64,000 bases of DNA from Neodothiora populina. Its lineage: Eukaryota. Positions within the stretch are counted from its first letter, which is position 1. Each line of letters starts with the position of its first letter. Under the pieces are notes generated by a model. That model saw only the letters and a program-made list of their open reading frames with translations, ran no database searches and was not told where the DNA came from. The DNA lies in the NCBI RefSeq assembly GCF_041146345.1, contig NW_027191417.1, positions 186,001 through 250,000 on the forward strand, given 5' to 3'. The position numbers and the translations under genes were made by a program. Positions 34,501 through 50,980 of this stretch are shown here, piece by piece.

Positions 34501-36593
34501 AGGCAGGGCTAGCCGTTGCGTCAAAGTTAAGGTAGAGCTACAGAGGTACATGTATAAGCAACGCAGCAACATGCATGAACCTTACAGTACTGTCACTGTA
34601 TGGCCGCAGACCTTGCCTCGGGGCCGCATTCGCTGCACCTCGAATAGAACGAATAATTGAGTTTCCAACAAGGTTTCATCTGCAAGTGGCGGACATACGA
34701 ACGCACTGATAAGCTTCACAAGACCACTTGCTTGGACCTGGGTTGGACCTCTGCTATGTCGCACGCACACACCTTCGCACACTGTATAGAGTCTTGGCAA
34801 ATTCGGGATTTGCCTCCTTCGGCCTTGAGAAACCGCCGTGGACAATATTTTGTGGTGAGGAGTGTCTTTGTTGCGCTGTACCTTCCTCTTGGAGGGTTCG
34901 TTTTGCCTAGGATTTCCAGGATGAATCACGAATACGAATGTCTTGTGCAGTGGAGAAGGAAAGACAAGATCCTCCCTGAAGGAAGATCTTTCGTGGATTC
35001 GTCATGTTAATCCCATTTTTGGTTGCTGTTGTGGGTCTCATCCGAATGTGTGGTGCAATGGAATCTTCCATGCAAAGAGACTTCACCACACACAGATAAG
35101 AAAGCTGATGTGTTGCACGACCGACTTCGTTTATGCGGGACATGGTGAACCCTTTGTGATACTGCATACATGGGCTAGAGGCCAAATGTAAGGCCCTGAA
35201 TACCTCCCTATGAGCAATGAAGACGAGAAGAGTATTGAGCAACAGCGGCGACTCGATCTAGCAAAGAAGAACATATGCATGCGGTCTGGAAATTGTTTGT
35301 ATGCTACACAGCGCTGCTCATTGATAGCTACCTTTTGCGTGTGGAAAGACTCGACTCATACTGGCAACGCTAAGGATAAACGGTACCTGACCTTGTGCTG
35401 TACTGTCCGCTCAGCTAGATAGGTAAGCTTGACGAGAGGAAGCCTTGCCCATGGTCCGATCCAGATGTGATGACACTATACCGATACCACTCGTACTTCA
35501 CACACATTTCACTAAAATATACTGTGTACAGTGAAGAAGAAGAACCTGTGTATCAGAAACCAGCACGTGAGACGGTGGTAGACAATGTTAATGTGTTGCA
35601 GACCTGAAACAGGGACGACCTGATAGAGGGGGTTCTTTCTGTCGACGCCAAGGCTTGCGGCGAGGCCAGTCGTTGCAAGAGTCAGGTAAGGGTCGGGAAA
35701 GGTACCTTTGGAGCGTGAGGGAGGTACAGTTGTGATAAGCTTGTGTCGCGGCAGCAGAGTATAGCCGCCCGGGTACTACAGATGAAAGAGTCTCAGGGCC
35801 AGATGGAGTGGGGACATATTTGACCAGGATAGAGTGCCCACCGACACATCTGTGAGTGACGTAGAGAACTGATATAAATCTGTATCCACTGCAGTGTCTA
35901 CATATGGACTTTAGCAGATATGCGGAGGGTAGCGGGCGGAGGCTGAAGGAAAAATAGAGTCAGCGTGGAGCACAAAGCGATGGTTTACGGCCCGCCAAGG
36001 AGAGGATACCATTTCGGGACAAGATCAGCGGATTGCGCATCCACTCCACGTTGACTTGACGGCAGGTGCAGCGACAGCCAGAAGCAGAGAGGCAGGAACC
36101 CCGTACTCGTACCTACCTTACTTGTCCACATCCTACTGGTCTACGCAATCTCTACGCAAGTTGCTCGGTGTTGGGAAGACGCTTTTTTGCCTGTCTATTT
36201 CACTCCATCATTGACTCGCTCGTCCGACATCTGCCATTACGCCATTGTGCGATAGCGATTGATCCTCCGACTGCTCTCAGCGGAGCGCAAAATCACGAGG
36301 ACTCCAGCGCCGACGGGCCTGGCTATCATCGCCAATCTCTAACCATCCAGATCAACTTATCTATTGTCCTTGTGCAAGGCTAGGTCAGCACTCTTGGGTG
36401 TCGGTAATCACTCGCTCACTCGTCCGATCACTCATACTCTCTGAGAGAGTGGTGTGCATCTGCATGTGCGTGTGAGTTGAGTTCCTCGCCCTTTCTGTCC
36501 CTCTGAATTGTCCTCCGAGGACCACGGAGCATTACAACTCCTGCACCATCATCAAATCCATCTTCCCGACTTAATCAACCGCTACACCACAAC

Positions 36594-38035
<1,442 letters not shown>

Positions 38036-39756
38036 GCATGAAAGGGAAGAAAAAGAATATGAAGACTTCCGATTTTCTCTTCCTACCTTGTCCTTTTCTG
38101 TACCTCTTCATCTCTTTATACGAATGGGTGGGCGTGGGGCTTGTGGCTCCACTCTTCTTTTCCCGGTCTATACGCTGTGGGACGAAGAGCATTACTGTGG
38201 CTCTCTACCATAATCGCTGTTTCTATTGCCCCTCCTGTCCTTTTCTTTTCATTCATGCCGGAACAGTTAAAAAGGAAGGTGCCCCTTGAGAAGCCCCATC
38301 GTTCTAAACCCCCTTGGAAATAATTACAATCCCCATACAAGAAAAACTAAAATGACCTTTTACATTGCATTTTCCTATATCTACTGTGCATTCACTGAAT
38401 GACCAACCAACCATCCGCGCCATCACTGCTTACGTGGTCTTGTCTTCAATAATCCGCGTATCGAATGGACATTAGAGGAAATAATTGGGAACATTAATGG
38501 AACAGTGATATATATTGATAACCTCGTTCTGTATAAGGTATTAATCCCAATGTAGTTTATAGATTCACAATGCTTTGTTTGTTCTTTTATGACAACTCAT
38601 TTAGAGGTTTTGAACAATTGATAGTTGGACAGTAAGCAGTAGAACAGCACACATCTCTTATAAGTTTTCTTGCCGAGGGACCTAGGGACTAATAGTACAC
38701 TTTAGGAAGTAAGAGACCAAGGACATACTACATGTATGAATCCAAAGTGGCATTCCCCGCCGATAGCTTCGACGGCATATCCGTCTCGTCTGTTGTTGTT
38801 CTGTCAGGCCTGCTGGTCCTTGAACTTTGCCTGTTCGGAGCGAGGTCCGCTACTCTATTTTTTACTTTGACCTGAATGTCGACGAACGCTTCAGCATGTC
38901 CATCCCCATCCTGTCTTATTTTCTGCAACTGCAGGAACTGGCGGCTAAATTACTCCTTGTGAAAACCCAGAACGAGCCATGTCTTGCTGTTGTCGATGAA
39001 CTTCTCGTTAATGGGATAGGAAAAGAGGCGCGAAGCACAGCCATCAAGCCTTTGTTCCAACATTGCAACGACATTGCTTTCCACAGGATGCATCACCTGT
39101 GTAAGAGATAGAGTAACTCGAAGAGAGGGGTCTTCTGGCACCACTACAGCATCTCGCTCTCCGGATCATAGAGCCGAATCTCGCGTCAATGGTTTGCGAA
39201 CCTCTTAAGCAAAAAAAAACAATTGCGCGCGTGCCCAATCAGACGCCGAATGGCTCGCATAAGCGGATATGTTCTAGGCTGTTAAACGGTTAATTCCTCT
39301 AGTCACCGATTACACTAACTCAAATACTTCCGACTGTATATGCAAACGACTGACTATTTGAGGCCTAGGTTACTACTAGGGCATCTTCGCTCGACTCATT
39401 AGAGTAAAACGGTAAGTGGCCACAGCCTTGGGTCGATTCGCAATGCCCTTTGGGACAGAATGGAATGATACTGGTCTCGGCATCTATGCAGCATGAAATG
39501 TCATTCATATCCTTGGAAGGGAATCGTGCTTCATCCGAACACTACCTTTCTATTCAATTAGCAATTCCGGCGATTCTTGTGGCTTAGGTGATCTCTGCTT
39601 ACAGTATTTCTTTTCTTCCATCACTTAGCCTCGCGCAGCTCGTAGCACCAAGTCATAAAGGTGACCACCAATGGTCTCACGTAAGGTCATTGCATGATGG
39701 CTAACGTGCCTGGAGCGTCTTGCCTCTCTGAAATCGACATTTTTCCATCATACACA

Positions 39757-41570
39757 ATGAAAGAGGAAGTGCCGCCTGGCGGGTCTTCCAGATCGACTTC
39801 AAACCCGCATGAAGACGATCCAGACCGCACCGCCAATTCGGATGACTTAGTCTCACCAACCAAATATTCCGATGACAATGACGTGCAGTGCAGACTGCCT
39901 CGTGAGCAAACCAAAACGGCATGCCTGCGTTGCAAGAAGCGAAAGGGCAAGGTGGGTTCGCATCCCTCGTCACAATTGTGGTTTTGATATCGACGTGTCT
40001 TTCAATAGTGTAGCGGAGAGCGTCCGGTCTGCTCGTACTGTCAGAGGAGGAAGATCGAATGCAGGTACGATACCAGGATTGGCGCCTCCAAACGTGCAGA
40101 GCTCGAACGTCAGTTGGATGAGGTAACGTTTCAATCAATCGGGTTGGGGGCTATATTGCACGCTATGCAATTCGGATCTGACGAGGACTCGACCATGCTG
40201 CTTGCTCGTTTGCGCTTAGGCGAAACATTGGGTGGCCTCGCCAGCTCGCTATCAAAGGTGCACGATCGTCCTGGCACAGCAGTGACAGCAGGGTCACTCG
40301 AAGGCGAGGTGGCCGAATTCCCAGATCTAAGGTACGTGTCATTTGGGGATAGTACCACGGGAGGTGCGCAGCTGACTTGACTGGGATGGGACTATAGATC
40401 AGGCACTACCAGCAATGATGACGATGCATTGCGAACGAGCCCTCGAAACGCTGTTAGCAGCCATAGCCAACAAGAACTGTCAACTACCACCATGGATATC
40501 TACTCTCCGCAGCATCACTATCGCGTACCACTATTCGACAAAGAACGTTGGGCATCCGATGATCTAGATACAGTGAGACGACAACTTCTGGGGGTTGATG
40601 GCAGTGTGGGCACTTCACAGGACTTCGGCGAAATTTTGACTATATCAGGATCGTCGCCTAAACATGAGACCATGGCGAGCATGCAGAATCATCGAGCCTT
40701 CCTTCGAGGCCTCTATGATGGCCAGATTGAGGTTTTGCCTTTCATCACAGTCCACCCTAACATCAAGAACTCATTTGGTAACTTGCCTGTCTCGAGTGCC
40801 GTAACGGCCAATCATTTTCCAGAGCATATTCAGAGTGCTCAGAAGGACAATCTCACGGTACCTGCATGGGCAATGAAGGTTGTGAATGGATCTTGGGATG
40901 GTGTGTACGGCCAGGACCCTATGACATCCTTTCTTTTGGAGCAGCAGACTGCACTCGAAAGAGGTGTCACCCCCGACACAATCTTTGGCGCTCATCCATA
41001 CGTTGGAGCCCTGTCCAATGGCCAGATCTATGATCGTGCGCCTCCTCTCTCACAGTGGTCTGCACGTATGGTCAACAGTATCAAGGAGCCTGACCAAGGA
41101 CTCACCCTGACACGTTGTGCATCAATGTACCACTTCTGGTACGTGATGCGCTGGATGATCTATCCCACAGTTGCGACATACGAGGCGATACCTGCTTGGC
41201 TGAGACCGACACCGTCCCAACTGTTCAAGCCACATCCAATGCTGTATGATTTCATGACGTGGCCGGGGTTGCGTGACATTGCCACAAAAGACCCAGGGCT
41301 GCAGTCAAGGTCCAGATGGCTCTTGGAGCTGGCAAGGACAATTACGTGTCACTGGGACCAAGCTGAATCGGAATTGTTGTGTATCAATCCGGCTACCAGT
41401 GAGATCGATTTATCTCTGGCTGCGAAGGTGTGTTGTAAAGCCGTCCTTTTTGTGCATTACAATCTGACCGATATCAGGAGAATGTAGATCGCGACGACAG
41501 GTGGTCCGTTGGGCCAACCATACGTTATTACTTGAAAGATGCCGATATGCACGTACGTATCCGCAAATGA
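39757..41570 (+). CDS. Zn(II)2Cys6 transcription factor with a C-terminal DUF3425-like domain; exons 39757-39951, 40009-40331, 40398-41427, 41478-41570
   Basis: Spliced zinc cluster ACLRCKKRKGK|CSGERPVCSYCQRRKIEC; C-terminal PAWLRPTPSQLFKPHP..DFMTWPGLRD and WSVGP. Confidence 0.88.
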
Positions 41571-43346
41571 AGCGATCGATCACTTATGGACCCTTCGAGG
41601 ATCGATGTATAAAAACAACCTGAAGAGCCTTTTGGACACACACAATACAACGATATAACGCCACTATAGTCGAAGGAGTTTCAGCTATATTCTTTCCAGA
41701 TTCAGCACGCGGTTTGTATTCCGGTCACACTTCCATACGCACCAATTCTTCGCTTTGTTTCCGACAAGATGTCGTACATCGACAGAAAGTGTATCGACTG
41801 GCGTCAACGCCGTTTGATCATGGAGCCGCGAGAAAGGTCTTTCGGGATTACGCTCACCACTCGGGTAGCGATTATCGCATTTGGACATGAGAAGAAGCGC
41901 AAGAGTCGAGGAAGGAACTTGAGGAATAAGCCCAGTCACGTACTTATATGATAACCGAGGGTCATAGCCTTCATCGAGATGGACAGAGATCGTGTGGACA
42001 GTCGTCTTCCTTCTACTGCAGGAATTTCGCGCTGACTGCACGCACTTGTCGACTAGAGCGTGACAAGTACATGGTGCTGTTGGATAACACAAGCATCTTC
42101 GGTGATCCGGACAGATACACACGCAGCTGACCAGGGATGCACATATCTTGATGCAGCTTTCACAGACTCGACGACAATGAGCTCAAGCTCATTCGCAAAC
42201 TTGTCTCACCGAGATTTGACAACCGTCTCCTCTAGGCCTCGTGAAAGGGGTGAAGACCTCATTCACACATTCCAACTCCTGTGATCGAACCACGACTTTC
42301 CTATCTCATATCGAGTTACGCCCTTACGCGACTGCTACAGCGCGTATGGATAGGCCGATGCGCTCTAGCAAAAGCGCGCCTTGTGCCCTTGACAAGAGAA
42401 AGTCATGTACACAAAAAGATAATAAAAAAAGAATAAAAGGAGAAACATAGATGATGCAAGAGGAAAAACGACCATATAGACTTAGTGTCCAGCAAGATCA
42501 ATTACTACTTTCTTGTGTACTAAAGAAAAACAGTCAATGGACCATATACAGCCCCGGTCGAAGGTACAACTCTACACGGAGTGGAACTCATAACATCAGA
42601 ACCCGAGTGATATCGTAGACGGGGTGCAGTGATATTGCGTAGTGTAGTCCCATGCATGGATTATACTCACATATTCACTCGTATAAACCTCCGTTCCAAT
42701 TCTAGACATCACCATCTTACATCGACTCAAGACTTCCAGCCATACCCAGCAATAGAGCTATAACACGCCTTTGCCACTTTCGCGAGGACAGAGCTAGGGA
42801 TACACCCATGTCCGTCTGACAACCAGTAAGGAAGAGACAAAAGGAAACAGATAGCTGAAAGCCACGACAATGGCTGGCGCAAAAAGGGACAGGGTCGCCC
42901 CTCGATTCGACCTGCCTTGTTGCATCTCGACTTTGTCCTGGTTTTCAGTCATGTTTTTTGCGGACATTATGTCTTGGTCGTTTTGGAAGTATGGCTTTGC
43001 TTATATGTGAACATTCTAGCATGCGGATGGGCTTAGATGGGAAGGATATGAATACCTTACTTGCGGATCAGGGAGATAATTCTGATTTCTGGGGATCGGT
43101 GACGTTTCGAAAGGATGCGCGGTCCCTTTTTCAATCCTTTTTTCCTACTCTCTCCCTTACCTTGTCTACAAGCGACTACGAGATCGGTGTGTTGGAAATG
43201 TGAGTCGTGTGATTGCATCTGTATAGTGTCTTCTGGCATAGTGCACAGGAAGTCAGGTAGCTAGGCAGCAAGCGGTCTTATATACCTGTATCTACAACAG
43301 CTATCACTCGCATTTGCACTACTTATTCTTCGTCTTCCATAAGAAA

Positions 43347-46019
43347 TCATTTCTCTTCTCCTTGCGTCTTCGCACCCCTAGAAGCCGAAGGAGGAGAGAT
43401 AGAAGAAGTTGACGTCTGTTCTCTCTCCCTCTTCTCCTGTCTCCGCGCGTCGAGCCCATCGACGCCCTGTCCCCATGCACCAGCCTTCTTGCCCCATTTC
43501 ATCGTGCCCCAAATATGCGTCCAACTGAACGTCGGAGGCGGCTCTGTCGAGGTACGAAATGGTGATGCCGCTGCTTGCGCCAATGTTTTCGGAGACTGCG
43601 TCTTGTGGGTCTTGTTGGTTGGACGCTGCTTGTTGTCGCCTGCTGCTGCGCCATTGGCGGCTAGCTCAGCTAGCACTTTCTCCTCGTTTGCTCGAGTCAG
43701 CAGTGGGTTTGCGCCGCCCTTGTGGCGGAACAGGACTTCGTCTTTCTGTTCGTCTACATTGGCTGCTGGTCCGATTCCTACGTCTTGATGGTAGGCGAAT
43801 GCATCACCGGCACCAGTTCTGACGGTGCCTTGGTCGGCCATGTAGACTGAGCTAGGAGATGGAGAAGGCGAAGAGGACTGGCCTTCCCATCTCCTCACGT
43901 GAGCCGGCAGAGGTCTGTGCCAACCCTCCTCGCTCCTGGCCCACCATTTCGCGCTGCACATCTCCCAGATACGGCTCTGTGCTCGCTTGAAGGCGAATTT
44001 CTCGTCTTCGCCTGTGAAGGCGCTGGATTTGTTGAAGTCCGGTCCGCCGTTCATCATGGCTCTGCTGATAAGTATGTTGTTGTCTGGGTGGATGGCTCGA
44101 TCCTGTAGAGATCGAAGATAGGGCAGGTCATCGTCCGGGTCTATGGGCCCTGTCGGCGAGTCTGATCTGGTCGATGCAGACCGAGCGAAAGGTGAGTGAC
44201 GACGAACACGATTGGGAGGGTCGTCTTCGAGCGCGTCGGGCGCTAGCATTGCTGTAAATCGCATGTGTGAGTAGTCTACTGGTGCATTGTCGTCCTCTGC
44301 AAAGTCGGGGTTCGAGGCTAAGATATTGGGGCGAAAGGGTGCCGTGGCGTCCTGGTAGGCTTCGGCGAACGTCTCAGCATAGACAGCATCTTCTTGTCCC
44401 TCGAGATTCTTTCTGGCCGTCGGAAAGAAGAGATCATCTGGACCGGCCTCGGCATCGAGGATGAGTAGTTTACAGCGTGCTTCGTAAAGGGCATCGAGAA
44501 GAGTAATGAACCGCCTTGCCTCGTTCTTCTGCAGTAAACTAAGCACTGGAACATTCGTCAAGATGAGGGTGTGGTACGCTGAAGCTAGAGATATGTAATC
44601 AGCAGGACCAAAGGCCGTGGTACTGCAGAGCTCGGCAAAGGTGAAGGAAACGGTTTGGGTGGACGCATTGGTACGTGAGAGGAGAACATTCCGGCCATAT
44701 ACACGCATAGTAGATGGTACCCACTCCGATGGTATCAGGGAAGCGAGAGAGGCTGCATTCGCCTCATACTTCTCGATTTCTTCAGACGATGCGGAAGACG
44801 AAGGTCGTATCAAATAGTTTCGCGGTGCTTGCGGCACGTTTGGTGTGTCCGCCAAAACCTCAGGCTTAGCGACTCTCTCAGGGATCGAAGCAACAGTCTC
44901 GGGTTCTGGAGTGAATGCCGTCAAAACTGGGACACTCTGCAGGTCATGATGCTCATCGAGGTGCCAGATATCCTCCTCATCGATGGCGTCACGTGTTGGA
45001 GCACTGGAATCGACCTCGTGCCGGCGGTAATCTCTGCCGCCTTGCATTTCCCACACTTCGCACCTTGCCTTCAGAACGTCTAAGAAGTTCGCAAACTCGC
45101 CCTGACCTGCAAACATGTTATCGCTACGCCCCTTTGCTGCTCGCCCACCAAGTCCAAAGCTCCAAGCGAGTGAATCCATTCGTGACGGAGGAGGGGCAAA
45201 TGTGATGCCTGCTGCCTTGTGCAGCTCCTCCGGCATTCGGTTAGATGTCGCGATGAGCACACCACCAAGCTGGAAGAAACTAGTCATCAGATTGGTCATG
45301 ATCTTACTAGCCGCTCGATCAGGCAATTGGAACTCGTCTAGGAACAGAATAGGTGAGGTCTGGATCATCTCTCGCGCTAGCCATAACAGAGAGTAGTCAT
45401 CGACATCTGAGCCATTCGTATTCACGGACTGCGGTATCCGCGGACGTAGTCGGTCACGTCGTAGCTCTTCCAGTTTTGCAAAAGTTTCAAGGATAAAGGT
45501 GTTGAAGTGCCATCGAGCCTTCTTACGGTTCGGCAGACAGTCGGCAAAGAGATCAATGAGCATGGATTTGCCGGTACCAACCTCACCATGGAGCATAAGG
45601 CCTTTGGGAGAATCTAGACTCATTGCGGCTTCATGACTGGTCAACGTCCGCGTCAAGGCCAGACTATCCCTCTTCTCCTTCTGAGCCAAGAGAGATTGCC
45701 ATATCCCTCTCTGTCCCAGTGAGCTCGAAGAGACATCTTGTTCTTGGTTGCTCGAGGGTCCAACAGCCTTGGAGATCTGATTCAAGCGATGCTTGTACTC
45801 TACTGTAGGTTCGTAATCTTTCAATCTGTCGTACAACTTCTGCAGATGTATTGCTGGAATAAAAATTGGTATTCAATGCCATAAGTTGTTCTTTCTTTGC
45901 TACCCACCAAGTCTGTGCTGTGAGGGGTCTGGTGTTATACGCTTAGTTGCCACCAATGCTCGATACAAGACGAGCGGATTGGTGATGGCAACACCGGTGC
46001 CCACGGCCGGCAAGGACAT
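43347..46019 (-). CDS. AFG1/ZapE-family P-loop ATPase (long fungal paralog); exons 46019-45908, 45853-43347
   Basis: Walker A GLMLHGEVGTGKS, Walker B ILFLDEFQ, LIATSNRMP, FGPADY, NEARRFITLLDALYE and FTGEDEKFAFKRA. Confidence 0.93.
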
Positions 46020-46391
46020 TGAACAATGATACGAAGGAAAAGAAGCTGGTCAATGTGATATGTACTCGATTCTTCTACATTGTCAGGAGGGTCGTTGTAG
46101 CCAAGTGAATATCATGAGGTACTTTGCGCATGTTGCTCACATATCGTATCAGATGCCGCGATAAGTTTCAAGATCGACTACGTCATCCGAATGTTTCGTG
46201 TCGAATGGCGCGAGTCATGACGCTTGATTGTGCAAATCGTGGAGTTGACGATACGATATCACAGGGTCCCTCGAACTTAGCCCAGTCTAGAATCAACAGT
46301 AGAATCAGAACCAACCACTGAAAAATGTACTCTTCGATATTATGCGTGCTGGTGACTTTATGAGCGGATCTGTCTGCATTTCGACTTTGCC

Positions 46392-49300
46392 ATGAGACAG
46401 GAACAATGGGAGGGCAACATTATTCCTGCCCAGCTGGCTTTCTTTGCCATTTACAGCCCCCCGCTCGGCTTGACTGATGAGACATTCAAGGAGCAAGTGG
46501 TTTTCTATTATTCTCGAGAAGCAAGGGAGGCAAAGCTGCATAAGAAGAAGACGGGCGCAGGGAGTAGTGAAGACGAGGAACATGCTGCGAGAGAAGAACG
46601 AAATGAACAACTGCGACAAGTTGGCCTTGCCCAGGGCATGGTGGACTTCGCGAGGTAATTCACTGACAGCATAATAGTTTGGATATTACAGGTTGGACTA
46701 ATACTGTGCAGGAGTTTTTCCAACGGCGAAGCGGTAGACTCGGTAGACAGCGAGAAGTCGCGGATTATTATGCATGAACTGGAGAAGGGCTGGTGGATGC
46801 TAGCTGTATGTGAATCTAGTAGATTATGTTGTTGTTCTTCTCCTGACTAGACGGGTAGTCCATCGATTTGACTCGACTTGGAACACCAGCTACTGGTGTG
46901 ACTAAAGGGCAGAAGGAACCCCCGAGGGCGAAAGTGGAATATTCGTCGCGAGAAGTCAGTCCTGCGCCGCTGCTTCTTCAACAAGTTCTTACTGCATACC
47001 GCACCTTGCTCCTCCATCACGGCCCACGGCTTAGTGATCTCTACGTGCGCTCAACTAGAGACAAGTTCTGCAACATCATCGATCGCTACTGGACACGCTT
47101 CTGCCGTAATTGGGATGTTCTATTACATGGCAACCCAGCTGTCGAGGCATTTGGTGGTATCAAGCTGGCTGCTGGTGGGGAGTTGGGAGTAGGGGTAGGT
47201 GAAGAAGAATGGGGGAGTGGTGAAAGAGAAGTGCTAGAGGACTTGATACGCCAGACAGAAGGTCTCGTCGACTTGACAGTCTCGAGGTTTGGTCAAGCTG
47301 CTCCGCCGGAGCCAGACAATGCTGCTGATAATCCATCTGGAGAAACTATATCAGAAGCTGCGTCTGGTTTCCCTTGGCTCGGCTGTGGTCATTTGCCTGC
47401 AGCATCGGATGGTGTGATATTCGGTGGTAGTGGTGCCATCACTCGCGCTTCATTACGCGATGTTTCCGAATGGGTACAGCAAATATACACTTATGGGGAG
47501 TATGCATATGGTGTCAAGGACAACCCACAACGCCAGAGGAGGAAGCGGCGACGGCGAGCACAAGGACCGGTCGTAGACGACGATCAAGACGCCAATCTTG
47601 GGCCAACAGACCTGAAAAAATTGGCAGCCGAAACCAACCTTAAGCAGCAACAACAGCAAGACAGATCCGACGAGAAACCGGCGGGAGAGCCATCTATTAT
47701 TCTCCCACACGACCCTCGTCCTCAGGTTCACGATCGCGTTGCCTCACACGACCATGCCACCGGACAGTCCAGTCCGCAGATAGCATCACATCCTGGCATA
47801 CCACCTCCGATCGTCACTGCTGCCGAAGAGTCCTTGAATGCTGCTTCCTCAGCAGCTGATGCGCCAAGAAAAGTGTCTGACGATAGAAGAGAAGCACCGT
47901 CCAGGTTCGGTGTTTCTGACAAATGGGTGAAATACCTTACTCTTGGGTTGAGCACCTACGCCGGCGGTGACGCCCAGAGCAAGTCAAGGCCGGAAGCTCC
48001 CAGGCGAACATCTTCTTCTAGTTCGAGAACGCTTCGAGCTCCTAGATCAAAGTCGAATGTCAGACAATCAAAGGAGCCTGACATTCCGGAAGACGTCGAA
48101 GAGAGTGCTATGGCCATGCTTGATCCTGCGCCAGATGGGTTTGAATTGTCTTCGAAGATTGCAACACAAAGATATCTGGAGAACAAGGGCCATTATCTAA
48201 TTGGCTACAAGGGTGATCTAGATAGCATGCACACGGACGACGACGGTGCTTCAGCGGCATCGGTCCCCGTTGAGGACGGTGGTGAAAGGAATATACTCCG
48301 AGTCCTACAAATCGAGCTGAAACCATCTCCACAACAACAGTCAGAAGACGCAGAAGGAGAAGAGCTAGGGGACTTCTACAAGGAGGACTCTTCTGCGCCC
48401 GAGAACGAAGCAACGAAGAATCATCAACGTCTCCGGGTGCTGGTCTACGTTCACCGCCCATTCATATACACCTTTCTCTTCGAGCAACGCACTGGATCGC
48501 TACAGCTATCCTCTTTCTACAAATCCATACACAACCACCTTCGACCTTTACACAAACCTCTTTTGAGATCAACCTCTTTACAGCAAGTCGCGCAACGAAT
48601 AGCGGAAGCTCACTACAATTCTTCGCAAGAAAAGCCCGACGATCAGTCCCAAAGCACGCCGAATCTAATATCACGCTTCCCGGTGTTCGACCTAGTCTTC
48701 GATCCACTGAAACTAACCACGCACACTTCAATACCCAATATACCCGACCCTGGCACTCCAGCAGCAGAAGGCATAACCACGTCTTCACCATCATCATCAT
48801 CATCATCATCAACAAACTACGCCACGACATCAACAGGCTACAGCGGCCCGCCAAACTGGACCAGACTAGAAGCGATAAACGTGCACTCAGCCATCCTGAA
48901 CACTCTATCCTCAACCTCCAGCAAAGAACGCGACCGGCTCGAGCGAGAACGGACGTCCAAAACATCACGAGGCTGGTGGATAGTATGGATGCGAATCCCC
49001 TCGACGCCGGCAGCGGACAGTGACGGAGAAGAAGGCGCCGTGGCACGAGGACGCGACCGATACGAAGACTGCCGCACGGCGTTCCTCGTCCGCAAAGCCA
49101 GCGACGGCAGCAGTACCTCTGCCTCTTCCGCTGGCGGCCTCTCGACGCTGGGAGGCCTGACGAGCCGCAAAACATCAAGACACGGCCTCCGAGGCGCCAG
49201 TGTAGACTCTGGACGCGCAGGCTACGCCAGTAGAGTCAGTAGCGGCATGGGCAGCATGTTCGGGTTTGGACTCGGGTTCGGAGGCGCGTCGACGTCTTTT

Positions 49301-49471
49301 GCGTCAGCTGCAGCAGGTAACAACAGCAATAGTCCAACGACTACTACTGCGGCTGCGGCTGCGGCGGCGAGTGAGAGCGGAGGAGTCATGGAGGAGGGGT
49401 CGGGCCCGGGGTGGGGACTGGGCATTGATGCTCGGAAGTACGTCGAGGGACTTTTAAGTCTGAACAGATGA
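46392..49471 (+). CDS. CCZ1: Vacuolar fusion protein Ccz1 (longin domains; Mon1-Ccz1 GEF subunit); exons 46392-46654, 46712-46805, 46859-49471
   Basis: IPAQLAFFAIYSP, EQLRQVGLAQGMVDFARSFS, ELEKGWWMLASIDLTR, GVGEEEWGSGEREVLE and ERTSKTSRGWWIVWMR. Confidence 0.85.
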
Positions 49472-50440
49472 GCTAGGCGGGCGCGGAAGACTTTCAGATA
49501 AGACCGAGATTGCGAGAGGAGGAGCACCAAGGACGGAAGAAGAGAGATGGAGGATGGAGGACGGCTTGATGCTGATCAAGACAGCCCATTGAATACCTGT
49601 TATAGAATGGTTCGAGAGCCTCGAAGTGACCTACAATAAACGTACATGGGACACACTATGCATTGTCCGAACTGAAACCTACGATATCTACCTTGTATAC
49701 ATTTCCTTATTCATTTTTGAGTGAGGAAACGGTGATGGGTACTCGGTATACCTTTGTAAGCGGAGAAGATTCTACACTGTCACATTGTTCGGTATGAACA
49801 ATTCCGGGATGAGCAGCATGTTGGTCCACCGGGCGATGGCTGTCTATAGTGTCATAGTCATAGCGTGGGCAGGCATGGGATGTGACTGCTAAGGGTGTTC
49901 TAGTTGTGGAGTGGCATTGAGGATGTGGCATTTTACGAGTACTGATATTGGTCACGATGTACACACGTGCTCGCGTCATATTGTCGTCTGTCATGAGATG
50001 TCACTCGTGCTGGCGAAGAAGGGTCCCGGTTCATCTCCCCTCAATAGCCCAGAAGGAGGCATTCGCAAGAAGATGCAGAAAGGGAATCTCGAAATCTTTC
50101 CTTTTTTGATGTGAACATTTGGATATCGCATTCGCCATGAATTTCTTGGTCCTTTTTTTCTTTTGTCTACCTCAGTCCACCAAACCCCTTCGAGTCATGA
50201 TAAGATAGCAAGAGGCAGCAAAAAGGAAAAAGAAGACGTTGTGTTGTAAGATAAGCTTCGAAGCCCTTTTCCCGAAACGACGACACAGCAATCAAATGCG
50301 AAAAAACCCTTCCTTGGCTCGTTGGCCGTCCCTCAACAGCGTAAGATTCGTCTGGGATTTTTTGTGGTCGACAGCATAGAAAAAAACTCGAAACTCTTCT
50401 CGGGGTGGTTGGTGGTGATGAGAGTAGTGAGAGAAGCAAT

Positions 50441-50980
50441 CTATGATCTGGGCTTCTCCTTCTTCTCCTTCCAGAGGGCGGAAAGACCGACTCCGGAGAC
50501 CTTGACGACCTTGAAACGCACACCGGGAATATCACCCTTGGCCTTGCCCTTACGACCGAAACCGGCGAGGAGGACCTCGTCGTTCTCGTCGACGAAGTTC
50601 AAGCAACCGTCATTGGGGACTGGGAAGTGTTAGTCAAACGGTACTTTTGACTCGGGCTGCCATCTCTTCTTCGTTCTCATATTTCTTTTGGCGCTGACTG
50701 TTCTTCAGGAAAAAGACTCACCGAAAGCAGTGACCTTCTTGCCGTTCTTGATGAGCTGGACACGGACACACTTGCGAATGGCGGAGTTGGGCTGCTTGGC
50801 CTCAACACCGACCTTCTCAAGGACGATTCCCTTGGCGTGGGAAGAACCACCGAAAGGAGAGGACTTGTATGCGGTTCCGAGAAGTCTCTTCTTGTAGTTG
50901 AGATCGGCCCAGCGACCCTCACGGCGGGTGTTCTGGAGCTTGCGCGCGGCGTTCAAACCTCTTGGCTTTCCTTTACCCAT
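50441..50980 (-). CDS. RPS23: 40S ribosomal protein S23 (uS12); exons 50980-50722, 50619-50441, plus a probable 5'-UTR intron at 51211-50986
   Basis: [49 protein letters not shown] and [13 protein letters not shown]. Confidence 0.98.

Noticed and set aside
38728..39144. Two same-frame ORFs separated by one TAA next to an AT-rich patch
   Set aside because: No identifiable domain, and the length is compatible with chance.
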